From Candidatus Moranbacteria bacterium GW2011_GWC2_40_12 (GTDB lineage Bacteria > Patescibacteriota > Minisyncoccia > Moranbacterales > UBA11712): a stretch of 64,000 nt of DNA. This document shows positions 10,454-19,442 of this stretch, one piece after another. A model generated the notes under the pieces. It saw nothing but the letters and a program-made list of their open reading frames with translations. It was not told the origin of the DNA and ran no database searches. Within the stretch, counting starts at the first letter, position 1; each line of letters opens with the position of its first letter. Location: the NCBI GenBank assembly GCA_000995965.1, contig LBYD01000002.1:199889-263888 (forward strand), written 5' to 3'. The translations under genes were made by a program, and so were the position numbers.

Positions 10454-11227
10454 ATGGAAAGCCTGGTAAGAATTCCGCAGTCTGAGCTTAACGCAACACT
10501 GGAAAGGCTTAGCAAACTTGGTGTCACGCAAGAGCATTTCAAGCGTGTCCGCTCAAGCAGAAAATATGCTAAAGCCGTGGCGTCGGCATTTCTCGGCGAT
10601 GATGGTGTGGTGATGAGTTATAATGATGTTCGCACCATTCTCGGTCAGGATTTCATCACGCCCGAGGAAATCGCCATTGCTCGCAAGCTCACCTATGGCG
10701 ACGATGTGCTTCAGTATTTCACTGAAACGCTTCCGTCCGAGGAAGTGTTGCAGTGGCTCCGTGACAACGGCTTCGTGCTGATTGCGGGACCGCCCAGTCC
10801 GATGTCGCTCTTGGAAGTCCGCGACCTCAACGCCCAGCTCCTTTACACCAAGTCTGGCGGTTGGTATGCGGAAGCGAAGCAGAAATTCTCACGGGACGAT
10901 AAGGTGGTTTCTGAATGGCTTATGCTCCGCAAGGGCGTCGTGCCCAAATCCACGAGCAAAACGTGGGACGAACAGCAGAAGCTTCTTTCCGAGGCGGAAT
11001 GCGTTCCCAACGCTCCCGAAACGACGTGGGGCGAAACCACTTACAAGGAAGTCCGTAATGCGTGGCTGTTTCCCAGCATCTACGCCAGAACTTCTTCCGT
11101 GGACTCAGACGACAATCGCGTCTGCGTCGGCGATTCGGCGGGTGGCGGTGTCTACGTCGGCAGCGGCTGGGGCGACGACCGCCACGACGGCCTTGGTCTG
11201 GCGTCCGCTCAGAAACGAAACTCGTAA
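10454..11227 (+). CDS. DGR target protein with C-terminal variable region (probable CLec-like fold)
   Basis: SD aaggagg at 10441; 257 aa; last about 42 codons are the VR; ends in GLASAQK. Confidence 0.92.
   Translation: MESLVRIPQSELNATLERLSKLGVTQEHFKRVRSSRKYAKAVASAFLGDDGVVMSYNDVRTILGQDFITPEEIAIARKLTYGDDVLQYFTETLPSEEVLQWLRDNGFVLIAGPPSPMSLLEVRDLNAQLLYTKSGGWYAEAKQKFSRDDKVVSEWLMLRKGVVPKSTSKTWDEQQKLLSEAECVPNAPETTWGETTYKEVRNAWLFPSIYARTSSVDSDDNRVCVGDSAGGGVYVGSGWGDDRHDGLGLASAQKRNS
11090..11215 (+). repeat. DGR variable repeat (VR)
   Basis: Gapless alignment to 11582-11707; 20 mismatches, 18 opposite TR adenines. Confidence 0.97.
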
Positions 11228-11256
11228 CCTTGAAATCTTGTTCCTTTTGTATTCTT

Positions 11257-11300
11257 GAGCCTTCGGCGATTTTTTTTCTCGCTGGAGGCTCTTTTCTTTT
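11257..11300 (+). terminator. Hairpin downstream of VR (terminator and/or DGR target-recognition hairpin)
   Basis: gagccttcggcga / tcgctggaggctc 13-bp stem (two G-U pairs) followed by ttttctttt. Confidence 0.6.
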
Positions 11301-11581
11301 GTCAAAAACACTGATAAGATAAAATCAATCTTGCTAATGCAAGTTAGGTTACGGCTTAACTTCGCGAGATGTCTTTTCTTTAGACCTTACCAGAATATCG
11401 TCGGCTACGGCTTGCGATAGCGTGCGAGCAAAGATGAGAGTTAATTTCTTGTTTGCTCTTAGTGGAGGTGTTCTGATTTTGTCATCGGAACTGCTCTCGA
11501 ATAAAATACAGGAAAGAGAGAATATAGTCCGCTTTTAGCGGAAGTAAATCTCAATTTCCAGTGGCTTTCAGACGGGAACAA

Positions 11582-11707
11582 ACAAATTCCGTGGACTCAG
11601 ACGACAATCACGTCAACGTCGGCAATTCGGCGAGTGGCGGTGTCAACGTCAACAACAACTGGGACGACAACCGCAACGACTACCTTGGTCTGGCGTCCGC
11701 TCGGAAA
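11582..11707 (+). ncRNA. DGR template repeat (TR)
   Basis: AAC-rich copy of the VR (gtcaacgtcaacaacaactgggacgacaaccgcaac). Confidence 0.96.
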
Positions 11708-11720
11708 TTATCTCAAGTCG

Positions 11721-11759
11721 AAAGTAAACGCTCTCCTTTTTTGGGAGAGCGTTTACTTT
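11721..11759. terminator. Perfect 16-bp hairpin between TR and the convergent avd stop
   Basis: aaagtaaacgctctcc / ggagagcgtttacttt. Confidence 0.7.
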
Positions 11760-12108
11760 AGCAGTCCTTTACGGATTTTATCCAGCCGCCGAGCATTCTT
11801 CCTATTTCATCCGTTTTTTCCTGAAGCAGGACATACTTTTTGCTGTCAATCGCTTTCACTTCTTTGGCAAGGCGGACAAAAATTCTGAAAAGGTTCAACT
11901 TCAAGCTGGCTTTTTCAAGGACTGGCAATTTTTCCACTTTGGACATTTGGCTGGCCAGCAGGATACTTTCCAGTGTTTCCAGCAAAATGTTTTCGCATTT
12001 CTGCCAGAGCGTATAGCGGTCTTGTTTGGGGACTGAATTTCTGAAGCTATAAAAGTTCCGATACAACTCGTAGATTTTTTTAAAGATCGGTATGTCAAAT
12101 TCTTCCAT
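11758..12108 (-). CDS. avd: DGR accessory variability determinant (Avd-like four-helix bundle)
   Basis: 116 aa from MEEFDIPIFKK; PKQDRYTL and EIGRMLGGW motifs; the longer ORF-track start overlaps the RT gene. Confidence 0.92.
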   Translation of the reverse strand: MEEFDIPIFKKIYELYRNFYSFRNSVPKQDRYTLWQKCENILLETLESILLASQMSKVEKLPVLEKASLKLNLFRIFVRLAKEVKAIDSKKYVLLQEKTDEIGRMLGGWIKSVKDC

Positions 12109-12120
12109 AGGTTTATTGTT

Positions 12121-13170
12121 ATGAAGATTTATAAAGATGTTTTTGAGAAAATAATTTCGCCTGAAAATCTTTTTTCGGCTTGGGACAATTTCAAAGTCGG
12201 AAAGATAAAAAAGAAAGATGTCCAGGCGTTTGAATCGAAGCTGGAACAAAACATTTTCCAGCTTCATCGGGAATTGAGGGGACGCTCGTATAGGCACGGC
12301 AGTTATGCCTCATTTTATATACGTGATCCGAAACAAAGACATATTCACAAAGCCGAAGTCAGAGACAGAATTTTGCATCATGCCGTTTTTTCTATCCTCA
12401 ACCCCATTTTTGAGGCAACCTTTATTTCCCATTCTTTTTCTTGCCGAATTGGAAAGGGAACGCATAAAGGCGTTATCGCTTTGGAAAAAATGATAAGAAA
12501 AGAGACGCAAAATTATTCCAGACGTTGCTTTATTTTGAAGTGCGACGTGAGGAAGTTTTTTGATACGGTTGACCACGGAATTTTGATGAGGATTTTGAAA
12601 AAGCGGATTAAGGACGAAAATGCACTCTGTCTGTTAAGAGAAATTATTAGCAGTTTTTCCTCCGAGCATTCGGACATTTTCACAGTCCGAGGTTTGCCGA
12701 TTGGCAATCTCACCTCCCAGCTTTTTGCCAATATCTTCCTCAACGAGCTTGACCAGTTTGTCAAAAACAAAATGCGTTTGAAATTCTATGCTCGCTATAC
12801 CGATGATTTCGTCATTGTCGGGAAAGACGAAAGAGAATTGAAAAATATGCTTTCGGAAATACGCTCATTCTTGAAAGATAGATTGTCCCTGGAACTCCAC
12901 CCGAAAAAAATCGTGATTAGAAAATATAGCCAAGGAATTGATTATCTTGGCTATATCGTTTTGCCTCACTATCAGCTACTCCGAACAAAAACGAAAAAGC
13001 GAGTGTTCAAAAAGTTGAAAATGCGGATTGGGCAATACAGGGCGGGGGAAATTAGCGAAAAATCTTTGAACCAATCCCTGCAATCCTATCTCGGCGTTTT
13101 TTCCCACGCCGACACGCACGAATTGGAGCAGGAACTTCTTAATCAATTTTGGTTTTGGTTGAATGAATAA
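12121..13170 (+). CDS. DGR reverse transcriptase
   Basis: DPKQRHI, RDRILHHA, KGTHKG, KCDVRKFF, GLPIGNLTSQ, RYTDD motifs; 349 aa. Confidence 0.97.
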   Translation: MKIYKDVFEKIISPENLFSAWDNFKVGKIKKKDVQAFESKLEQNIFQLHRELRGRSYRHGSYASFYIRDPKQRHIHKAEVRDRILHHAVFSILNPIFEATFISHSFSCRIGKGTHKGVIALEKMIRKETQNYSRRCFILKCDVRKFFDTVDHGILMRILKKRIKDENALCLLREIISSFSSEHSDIFTVRGLPIGNLTSQLFANIFLNELDQFVKNKMRLKFYARYTDDFVIVGKDERELKNMLSEIRSFLKDRLSLELHPKKIVIRKYSQGIDYLGYIVLPHYQLLRTKTKKRVFKKLKMRIGQYRAGEISEKSLNQSLQSYLGVFSHADTHELEQELLNQFWFWLNE

Positions 13171-13207
13171 TATTTGCGCAAAATAACTCGCCTAAAATTT
13201 TTCATAA

Positions 13208-13245
13208 ACAAAAAACGGGGCTCTTTCAGAGGCATCCCGTTTTGT
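13208..13245. terminator. Probable bidirectional terminator between RT and LysM gene
   Basis: acaaaaaacgggg...cccgttttgt. Confidence 0.55.
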
Positions 13246-13259
13246 ATTTAGAAAATATT

Positions 13260-14489
13260 TTAATATATGAAACCCTTTACAGTCCGGCTGTTGGCATTGA
13301 TAGTCCGGGTTGATTTTTTTCCGAATCCGGCGTAGTTCATTTCGGAAATAGTTACGGAATTCCCGTTTACTTTCTCGACAATCCCGACATGGCCCCAGCG
13401 CGATTCTCCGGTTACGATAATCGCTCCTGCCTTTGGCGTCCGGCCGGTGGCCTTTCCGGAAGCGCGGGCGTTTGTCAGCCAGGCTCCGGCGTTTCCGCCC
13501 CAGGGAACGTATTTTCTTTGGGCTACGTACCATGTGCAATATCCGTATGGAAAGCGATGGCCGCCTCCAGCTCTTGCATCCATCCGATAAGAGCTTGACG
13601 CGGTTGCGTATTGCGCTCCATAAGCCCCTGTTCTGTAAGCAGGCGCTGTCGGAGCGGCAGATGGCGTCGGAGCTGAAATGTATCCGTCAGGAAGGATTAT
13701 TTCCTGGCCGACAGCTAGCTTTTCATCGGCTGGAAGCTCATTGTAAGCCAGAACCTTTTGCTTGTCAGAATTATATTTTGCCACAATAGCATCAAGAGTG
13801 TCACTTTTTTGGATTTTGTATCTAACGCCTGTAACTGGAAGAACAGAAAGCTTATCTCCCGGCTTGAGGAGCGAAGTATCAGAAAGATTGTTAGCCCAGA
13901 GTATCGTGCTTACGGAAATTCCATGTCGGGCGGCAATTGATCCGGCGGTATCCCCCTCCTTTACGATATAAGTCTTAGCCTCTCTTCCGTTTCCTCCCAT
14001 CACGGTTGGATTATAGGAAGCCAAAGTCACCTGGCTTTGAATGGTTGGAGCCCTGAAGTATGAAGCCGTATCATCATAACCTTCTTCTTGAATTTCCTCT
14101 AAAATAAAATACGCCGGATCAGCAAGTGGCGCAGTAGCAAGATTATTTTTGCTTTCGTTCTGAAGAGCGATTTTTTGCTTGAGCGTATTGTTTTCTTTTG
14201 AATTAATTCCAAAGGCGTCGAACAGCGAACCCGGAGCTCCCTTTGCAGAAGAAAAGTTTATGAGAGCCACGGTGGCAACACAGACCGCGACGACGATAGT
14301 TGCCGAATATTCCCTGAAAAATGAAAGAAGTTTTCGAGCGGCAAATCTTTTTTTGAGGAAAAAAACCAACCTTCTCTGAAGAGAGCGGTCGGTTCCATAA
14401 TGAATCACCTGATCCGCGCTGCGGATGGCGAGCGGATCTCCCAAAGTATTTTTTCCTCTTAGCACTATTCGCAATCTCTTCCAGGTCAT
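13260..14489 (-). CDS. LysM + CHAP domain peptidoglycan hydrolase
   Basis: TM segment, two LysM repeats (YIVKEGDT, YKIQKSDT), CHAP domain (FPYGYCTWY, WGHVGIVE, SEMNY). Confidence 0.92.
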   Translation of the reverse strand: MTWKRLRIVLRGKNTLGDPLAIRSADQVIHYGTDRSLQRRLVFFLKKRFAARKLLSFFREYSATIVVAVCVATVALINFSSAKGAPGSLFDAFGINSKENNTLKQKIALQNESKNNLATAPLADPAYFILEEIQEEGYDDTASYFRAPTIQSQVTLASYNPTVMGGNGREAKTYIVKEGDTAGSIAARHGISVSTILWANNLSDTSLLKPGDKLSVLPVTGVRYKIQKSDTLDAIVAKYNSDKQKVLAYNELPADEKLAVGQEIILPDGYISAPTPSAAPTAPAYRTGAYGAQYATASSSYRMDARAGGGHRFPYGYCTWYVAQRKYVPWGGNAGAWLTNARASGKATGRTPKAGAIIVTGESRWGHVGIVEKVNGNSVTISEMNYAGFGKKSTRTINANSRTVKGFIY

Positions 14490-14775
14490 TCGGAAAAAGC
14501 TTTTGAAAAAGTTGCTAATCGATTTTACCTTTCTCTTGGATCAGGGGCTCGTAGCCAGCTCGGCGTTTTTTGAATGTTCCGGTGCGATTTCCGCCTGATC
14601 CCTAATTTTTATGACGGGTAATAGGTTATCACAATCAGATATAATGTCAAGTCTCATTTTTTTGGAAAATATTGGGATAAACGGATATTTTGGCTTGTAT
14701 AAGCCATTATTGTAAATAGCACTCCACTCTGTATGTTTTTTCTGTTAATATAAATGTGCTACTAAGCATTTCGCG

Positions 14776-15696
14776 ATGAATTTGAGCCAGCTTAAAAATC
14801 AATATCTAGAGCATCTTGAAATTGAGAAGGATCGCTCGCAAAAAACAATCGAAAATTATGACCATTATCTTGAGCGTTTTTTGAAATGGGCAAAAATAAG
14901 TTCGGCAAGTGATATTACAGATGAATTGGTTCGCCGATATCGTCTCCAGCTCAACCGCTTTGCGGATGAGAAAGGTTCGTCACTCAAAAAAATTACTCAA
15001 AACTATCATGTTATCGCCCTTCGCAATTTTTTGAAGTATCTCGCGAGACATGACGTAAAGACTTTGCCGGCGGAAAAGGTGGAGCTTGGAAAAACAAGCG
15101 AGAGACAGATTGATTTTTTGGAAATGGAGGAAGTGGAGCGGATTTTTGAAGCGGCCGGCGGTTTAGATCAGAAATCTTTGAGGGACAGGGCCATACTTGA
15201 ATTGCTTTTTAGCTCCGGACTTCGAGTCTCAGAGCTTGTCGGCCTGAATCGCGATCAGGTGAACCTCAAAACGGGAGAATTCAGCGTTCGGGGGAAAGGA
15301 AGCAAAGTGAGGGTGGTGTTTGTGTCCGACCGAGCGAAAGCGACGCTTCAAAGATACATGGAAAAAAGACTCGATATTGATCCGGCGCTGTTTGTGAGAG
15401 TTGGAATAAAGCATCTTGAAAAAAAGAGCAAGGCCGACAATCTGCGGATTACTCCGCGGACGGTTCAGCGCATTGTGAAACACTGCGCGCTGAAAGCCGG
15501 GATCGTGAAAGACGTCCATCCGCATACTCTTCGCCACTCATTTGCCACTGATCTCATCCAAAACGGCGCCGATATCCGCTCGGTGCAGGAAATGCTCGGG
15601 CACTCCTCCGTCACCACGACGCAAATATATACGCACGTCACTAATAAGCAATTAAAAGAAGTTCATAAAGCTTTCCATGGGAAAAGACGCAAATAG
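14776..15696 (+). CDS. XerC/XerD family tyrosine recombinase
   Basis: RDRAILELLFSSGLRVSE, HPHTLRHSFAT, LGHSSVTTTQIY. Confidence 0.95.
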   Translation: MNLSQLKNQYLEHLEIEKDRSQKTIENYDHYLERFLKWAKISSASDITDELVRRYRLQLNRFADEKGSSLKKITQNYHVIALRNFLKYLARHDVKTLPAEKVELGKTSERQIDFLEMEEVERIFEAAGGLDQKSLRDRAILELLFSSGLRVSELVGLNRDQVNLKTGEFSVRGKGSKVRVVFVSDRAKATLQRYMEKRLDIDPALFVRVGIKHLEKKSKADNLRITPRTVQRIVKHCALKAGIVKDVHPHTLRHSFATDLIQNGADIRSVQEMLGHSSVTTTQIYTHVTNKQLKEVHKAFHGKRRK

Positions 15697-15707
15697 TTTG
15701 TCTTTTC

Positions 15708-15766
15708 CAAAGCTCGGCTTTTCCCTTCCCCGACTAAACGCCCGGGAATTCCTCAAAGCCAAGCTT
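15708..15766. repeat. 59-bp palindromic element; second copy lies inside cca
   Basis: caaagctcggcttt...attcctcaaagccaagctt; same ends and same length at 52399-52457. Confidence 0.8.
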
Positions 15767-15946
15767 ATAAGAAGTCCGCAAAGCGTTTCACGAAAAAAGG
15801 CGGAAATAACCGAGAGCTTAGATCTTGGGTGAAGAACCCCGTGGCGGCGGGTATTTTTTCTTTTTCTCAATGAAACATCAAATTTCAAGGGAGTCAAATA
15901 TATTCACGTGGATTTAATTGACTACCTTGAAGAATAGCCAAGATAA

Positions 15947-15986
15947 AAAAGAGAACCCGGGAGGTCAAACCGCCCCGGGTTCTTTT
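15947..15986. terminator. Bidirectional terminator between xer and the purD-like gene
   Basis: agaacccggg / cccgggttct stem flanked by A and T tracts. Confidence 0.7.
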
Positions 15987-16012
15987 GATAATGCTGAAAA
16001 TGAAAGTTTCCC

Positions 16013-17530
16013 CTACTTCGTTTTCAGTGCTTCGGCTTTGCTGAAGTGTGCCCCGATGTCCCTCCGGCAATCGAGGCGGTTGCCGGCGTCGTCTTCCCGG
16101 GGGATCACCCGGATTTTGCCGTTGTCGAAGGCCGCGAGCAGTCGCTGGCGCAGAATCTCGGCTGTCTGGCCCCGGGTTTGTCCGGACTTGACTGTGGTAT
16201 TGGCCAGAAGATAGGCCACGCGGGAGCCGTCGGATTTGAAGACGCCGTCTTCGTAGTCCATGGCGGACGGGATGACGGTGATCTTCTTCTTGTCGAAATA
16301 ATCGAAGTCGATCTCCATGACCTCGCCTTTGGTGAGCGACCAGGGGTAGCCTTTTTGCTGTTTAGGACCGCCTGGACCGGTAACCAGGGCAAAGCAAATC
16401 GAAATCTGATCCGTCCGTATTTCGGGCTCCACCTTGTGCAAGTTGCCCTGAACCGCAGCCTTAAGCAGAGCGCCCAAGTTCCGTATCCTCTTCACGACCG
16501 GCTGGAATTCCGGCTCGCCCGGGCGAACGTTGATCTCGCAGACCCGGATCGCTTTCGGCTTTCCGTCAGGCAGGAAAGATACGAAACATCCGGGGTATAT
16601 AACACATGGACGAAGGACATTCTTCAGCCACATAGCCTGGGTAAGAGGATAGATAATAGATTCGTCGACAAGTTTTAAAAGTTCTGGGGATTCCCAGGGA
16701 TGCGGGGAGATGGCACCCATTCCTCCGGTAATCGGGTTCCAAATTCCAGAGGGGCCGGGGAACCTTTCCGGGTAGTCCATCGCCGTGGGAAGAATTTGAT
16801 AATGCGCGTGTTCGTCGGCTAGAACTGTGAAGCTGATTTCAACTCCAGACATTCTGGCTTCGATAAGAAGCGGCCAAGGAGCCTTTTCACCGCAGACATT
16901 GGTGTAAGAATCCTTGAAGTCCTTGATCAGGAGGTCGTAGGTATCCCTGATGCCCCAGCTGTCGAGGATGACGCGGGATCCCTTGCCGCCGGCGCTGTAA
17001 GGATATTTCAGAACGGCGCCGCCATGTTCATGCAAATAGTCCAGACAGATACCGGCCACTGCCCGGAAATCACGGGCATCAACCTCGGCCGCGGGGGCGA
17101 CGGGAATATTTGCTTCGCGGCAAAAGCGTTTACATGCGATCTTATCGCCCTCAAGGGTGTTAGCGCCCACCTTTCCAAGACCTATGATGCGGTTGCCGAA
17201 ACCGGCTTCCGTCACCAGATCCACCAAGCCGTTGAAGAGCAGACCTTCGGGTCCGACCATTGCTATGTCCAATTGCCCGTTTCCGAAGGCTTCGATCAGG
17301 GCAGCAGCGTAATCTGCTGCTGAATTGCTCCTGGTTGGGATAAAGTCAATTGGCCATTGGTGGTTTGGCAGCCGTGCCCAAGGCTCCATCGCTGGGGTTC
17401 CCCGCACGACGACACCCCGATAGTTTCCGGGATGGAGTTCACTTTTAGCTCGGCTTGTTTCCAGCGCGGCCTCGAGCATTCTCCCGTCTGTTCCCGAAAA
17501 TGCAATTTTGCAAGGTTCTGATTCTGGCAT
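16013..17530 (-). CDS. purD: Divergent phosphoribosylamine--glycine ligase-like ATP-grasp protein
   Basis: VGPEGLLFNGLVD, LEGDKIACK, AGGKG, DYPERF, TGGMGA, EINVRPGEPE and DGSRV motifs; SD aaggag. Confidence 0.75.
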   Translation of the reverse strand: MPESEPCKIAFSGTDGRMLEAALETSRAKSELHPGNYRGVVVRGTPAMEPWARLPNHQWPIDFIPTRSNSAADYAAALIEAFGNGQLDIAMVGPEGLLFNGLVDLVTEAGFGNRIIGLGKVGANTLEGDKIACKRFCREANIPVAPAAEVDARDFRAVAGICLDYLHEHGGAVLKYPYSAGGKGSRVILDSWGIRDTYDLLIKDFKDSYTNVCGEKAPWPLLIEARMSGVEISFTVLADEHAHYQILPTAMDYPERFPGPSGIWNPITGGMGAISPHPWESPELLKLVDESIIYPLTQAMWLKNVLRPCVIYPGCFVSFLPDGKPKAIRVCEINVRPGEPEFQPVVKRIRNLGALLKAAVQGNLHKVEPEIRTDQISICFALVTGPGGPKQQKGYPWSLTKGEVMEIDFDYFDKKKITVIPSAMDYEDGVFKSDGSRVAYLLANTTVKSGQTRGQTAEILRQRLLAAFDNGKIRVIPREDDAGNRLDCRRDIGAHFSKAEALKTK

Positions 17531-17692
17531 AAGCTTCTCCTTTAAGCTTTATTTTCTTTGATTTCAGCCTATCTTAGGAAGAGGAGTGATGTCAATAATT
17601 ATTCAACTGTTGCCGAAACAAAAAAGCGCTCAAATTTATCCAAGCGGATAGAGTTGAGCGCTATGCTTCAATGTCGCAAAAAGTCCATATTT

Positions 17693-17992
17693 TCAAATTT
17701 TTTTATCCTTTTTCTTCTTCATCTTCTCGACAATTCTTGTGAGGCGGTAAGTGACGATGACCACGGCCGCGGTAACGACGCCGGCATAGATAAACATGGC
17801 GGTGATGTCGCCTGCCCCCTGTGTTCCGAAGACGCGCTCGAAAAGTTTGCGGATGGCATCATTCCAGGCAAGAGCGGCCACGAGTCCCATCGCTCCTGTC
17901 ATGAGCGTCACCACTTTTTCAACAAAAAAGACATGAAGAGTTTCCTCTTCTTTCTTCGTAAGCTCTTTTTCCTTTGATTTTTCTTCGGACAT
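17693..17992 (-). CDS. Small membrane protein (DUF5654-like)
   Basis: GLVAALAWNDAI motif; start MSEEK at 17992. Confidence 0.8.
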   Translation of the reverse strand: MSEEKSKEKELTKKEEETLHVFFVEKVVTLMTGAMGLVAALAWNDAIRKLFERVFGTQGAGDITAMFIYAGVVTAAVVIVTYRLTRIVEKMKKKKDKKI

Positions 17993-18183
17993 AATCGTTG
18001 GGTTGAAATGAAAGACGGAATATTGGCTTCTTGGATTATAATATATCAAAAATTATCATTGACGCAACCCAATTATTACATTACGCTTTATATGAGAATT
18101 TAATTCCTCAGGAAAGGGGTCGAAAACAGGATTTTTTCCGGGTCGAAATTATTCAAGCCGGAGGTTTGAAAGAGCGTAACGAC

Positions 18184-18256
18184 GGGACTGTAGCTCAGCG
18201 GTTAGAGCGGCCGACTCATAATCGGTTGGTCGTAGGTTCGAATCCTACCAGTCCCA
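18184..18256 (+). tRNA. tRNA with CAT anticodon, probably tRNA-Ile2
   Basis: Acceptor GGGACTG/CAGTCCC; anticodon arm gccga-ctCATaa-tcggt resembles Ile2. Confidence 0.9.
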
Positions 18257-18270
18257 CGTTGAAATATTGA

Positions 18271-18344
18271 GGGCGTATAGCTCAGTTGGTTAGAGCGTCT
18301 GCTCGACACGCAGAAGGTCTCCCGTTCGAGTCGGGATACGCCCA
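18271..18344 (+). tRNA. tRNA-Val(GAC)
   Basis: Acceptor GGGCGTA/TACGCCC; tctgc-tcGACac-gcaga (C at position 33). Confidence 0.9.
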
Positions 18345-18473
18345 CAGCACAAGAGATTAAAAAGGAGCGCCCCGACGTCACGTCGGGGAGGTCAGTGGTC
18401 CGATCCCACTATTGCCCACGAAAAATCCGTCCCGCTATGCGGGACGGATTTGCTATGAGAAAATGCTTCAAGC

Positions 18474-19442
18474 CTACGCCTTTTCCGGTGCCGCGGCAAT
18501 TTCTTTTTCCGGCTCTTCTTCGGAAACTTTTTCAGCTTCAGGAATTTCGGCTTTGGCGATTTCACGGAAAAACAAAGTCCAGGCGGTAGTTTTGTAGGTG
18601 AGAAAGATGGAAGAGACGAAAAGCAAAACAGCAAGAGCGAGGAGAATTGCGAAAGCCAGGAAAATTCCAAAAATGATTTTGCTCAAGCTATAAAAGAGAA
18701 TACCGCTGGGGACAAGAATGAGAAGAGCGATTCCAAAAACAGGGAGAAGGGCAACGCCGGCAGCCATATTCACAGCGAGAATAAGGAGAGAAAACAAGAG
18801 AGAACTTTTTATGTTTTTGAGGAGCAAGTTATAGCCGGCTTCGACGGCACTCCAGACTTGAAGATCGGAGAGAATGATATAGAATTCAGCGAATAAATTT
18901 GTAAGCGCCAAAATAAACACGAGAGGAATAAAAATGGCAACCGCTAAAAGCCCTACCAGAACAGCACTCACCCACGATCCCTTGACGGCCAAAAATATTG
19001 TTGGAATGGCCAGAACCAAAACGATGACAATTGTCGCAAAAAAGAAAAGAAGAAAAAGTTTGAACAAATTTCGCATGTATTTCTTTCCCGATTTCCAACC
19101 TTCGCGGAAGTTCGCCTTTTTGTTTTGGGTTATGAGGCTAACTGACTGGATGAGCCCCGCTTTTCCAATAAGGGAGATCAAAAAAAGAACGATTCCAATC
19201 GCAAAGAGAATAAGCGTGACAATCAATACTATTTGCCAGTGAGTTTCAACGAAGTTTTGAACCATACTGCCTTTCTCTTCCCAACTTTCACTGCCTCCGA
19301 CGTTGAAACTTCCCGGAGATCCCAGAGCCAAAAGGACTCCAAACCAAAGAAGAAATTTGTTTTGCCAGACAATTCGGGCGGATTCTTTCAGAATCTCAAT
19401 ATATGGGATTTCTTTTTTCACGGGCTTATTTATTTCACTCAT
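18474..19442 (-). CDS. Hypothetical multi-pass membrane protein
   Basis: 322 aa with several hydrophobic helices; overlaps the ftsH stop. Confidence 0.85.
   Translation of the reverse strand: MSEINKPVKKEIPYIEILKESARIVWQNKFLLWFGVLLALGSPGSFNVGGSESWEEKGSMVQNFVETHWQIVLIVTLILFAIGIVLFLISLIGKAGLIQSVSLITQNKKANFREGWKSGKKYMRNLFKLFLLFFFATIVIVLVLAIPTIFLAVKGSWVSAVLVGLLAVAIFIPLVFILALTNLFAEFYIILSDLQVWSAVEAGYNLLLKNIKSSLLFSLLILAVNMAAGVALLPVFGIALLILVPSGILFYSLSKIIFGIFLAFAILLALAVLLFVSSIFLTYKTTAWTLFFREIAKAEIPEAEKVSEEEPEKEIAAAPEKA

Larger units (their letters stand above)
10454..13170 (+). mobile_element. Diversity-generating retroelement (target+VR, TR, avd antisense, RT)
   Basis: 126-nt TR/VR pair with adenine-specific mismatches, Avd-like gene, DGR-type RT. 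Confidence 0.97.

Noticed and set aside
11561-11761. 66-aa ORF resembling the DGR target C-terminus
   Set aside because: It is the template repeat; the open frame is inherited from the VR and there is no SD.
12109-12297. N-terminal extension of avd (179-aa ORF)
   Set aside because: Overlaps the RT gene antisense; Avd similarity begins at MEEFDIP (12108).
14776-15696. Tyrosine recombinase as a prophage or island integrase mobilising the DGR
   Set aside because: Size and motifs fit housekeeping XerC/D; no phage genes, att repeats or convincing dif site nearby.
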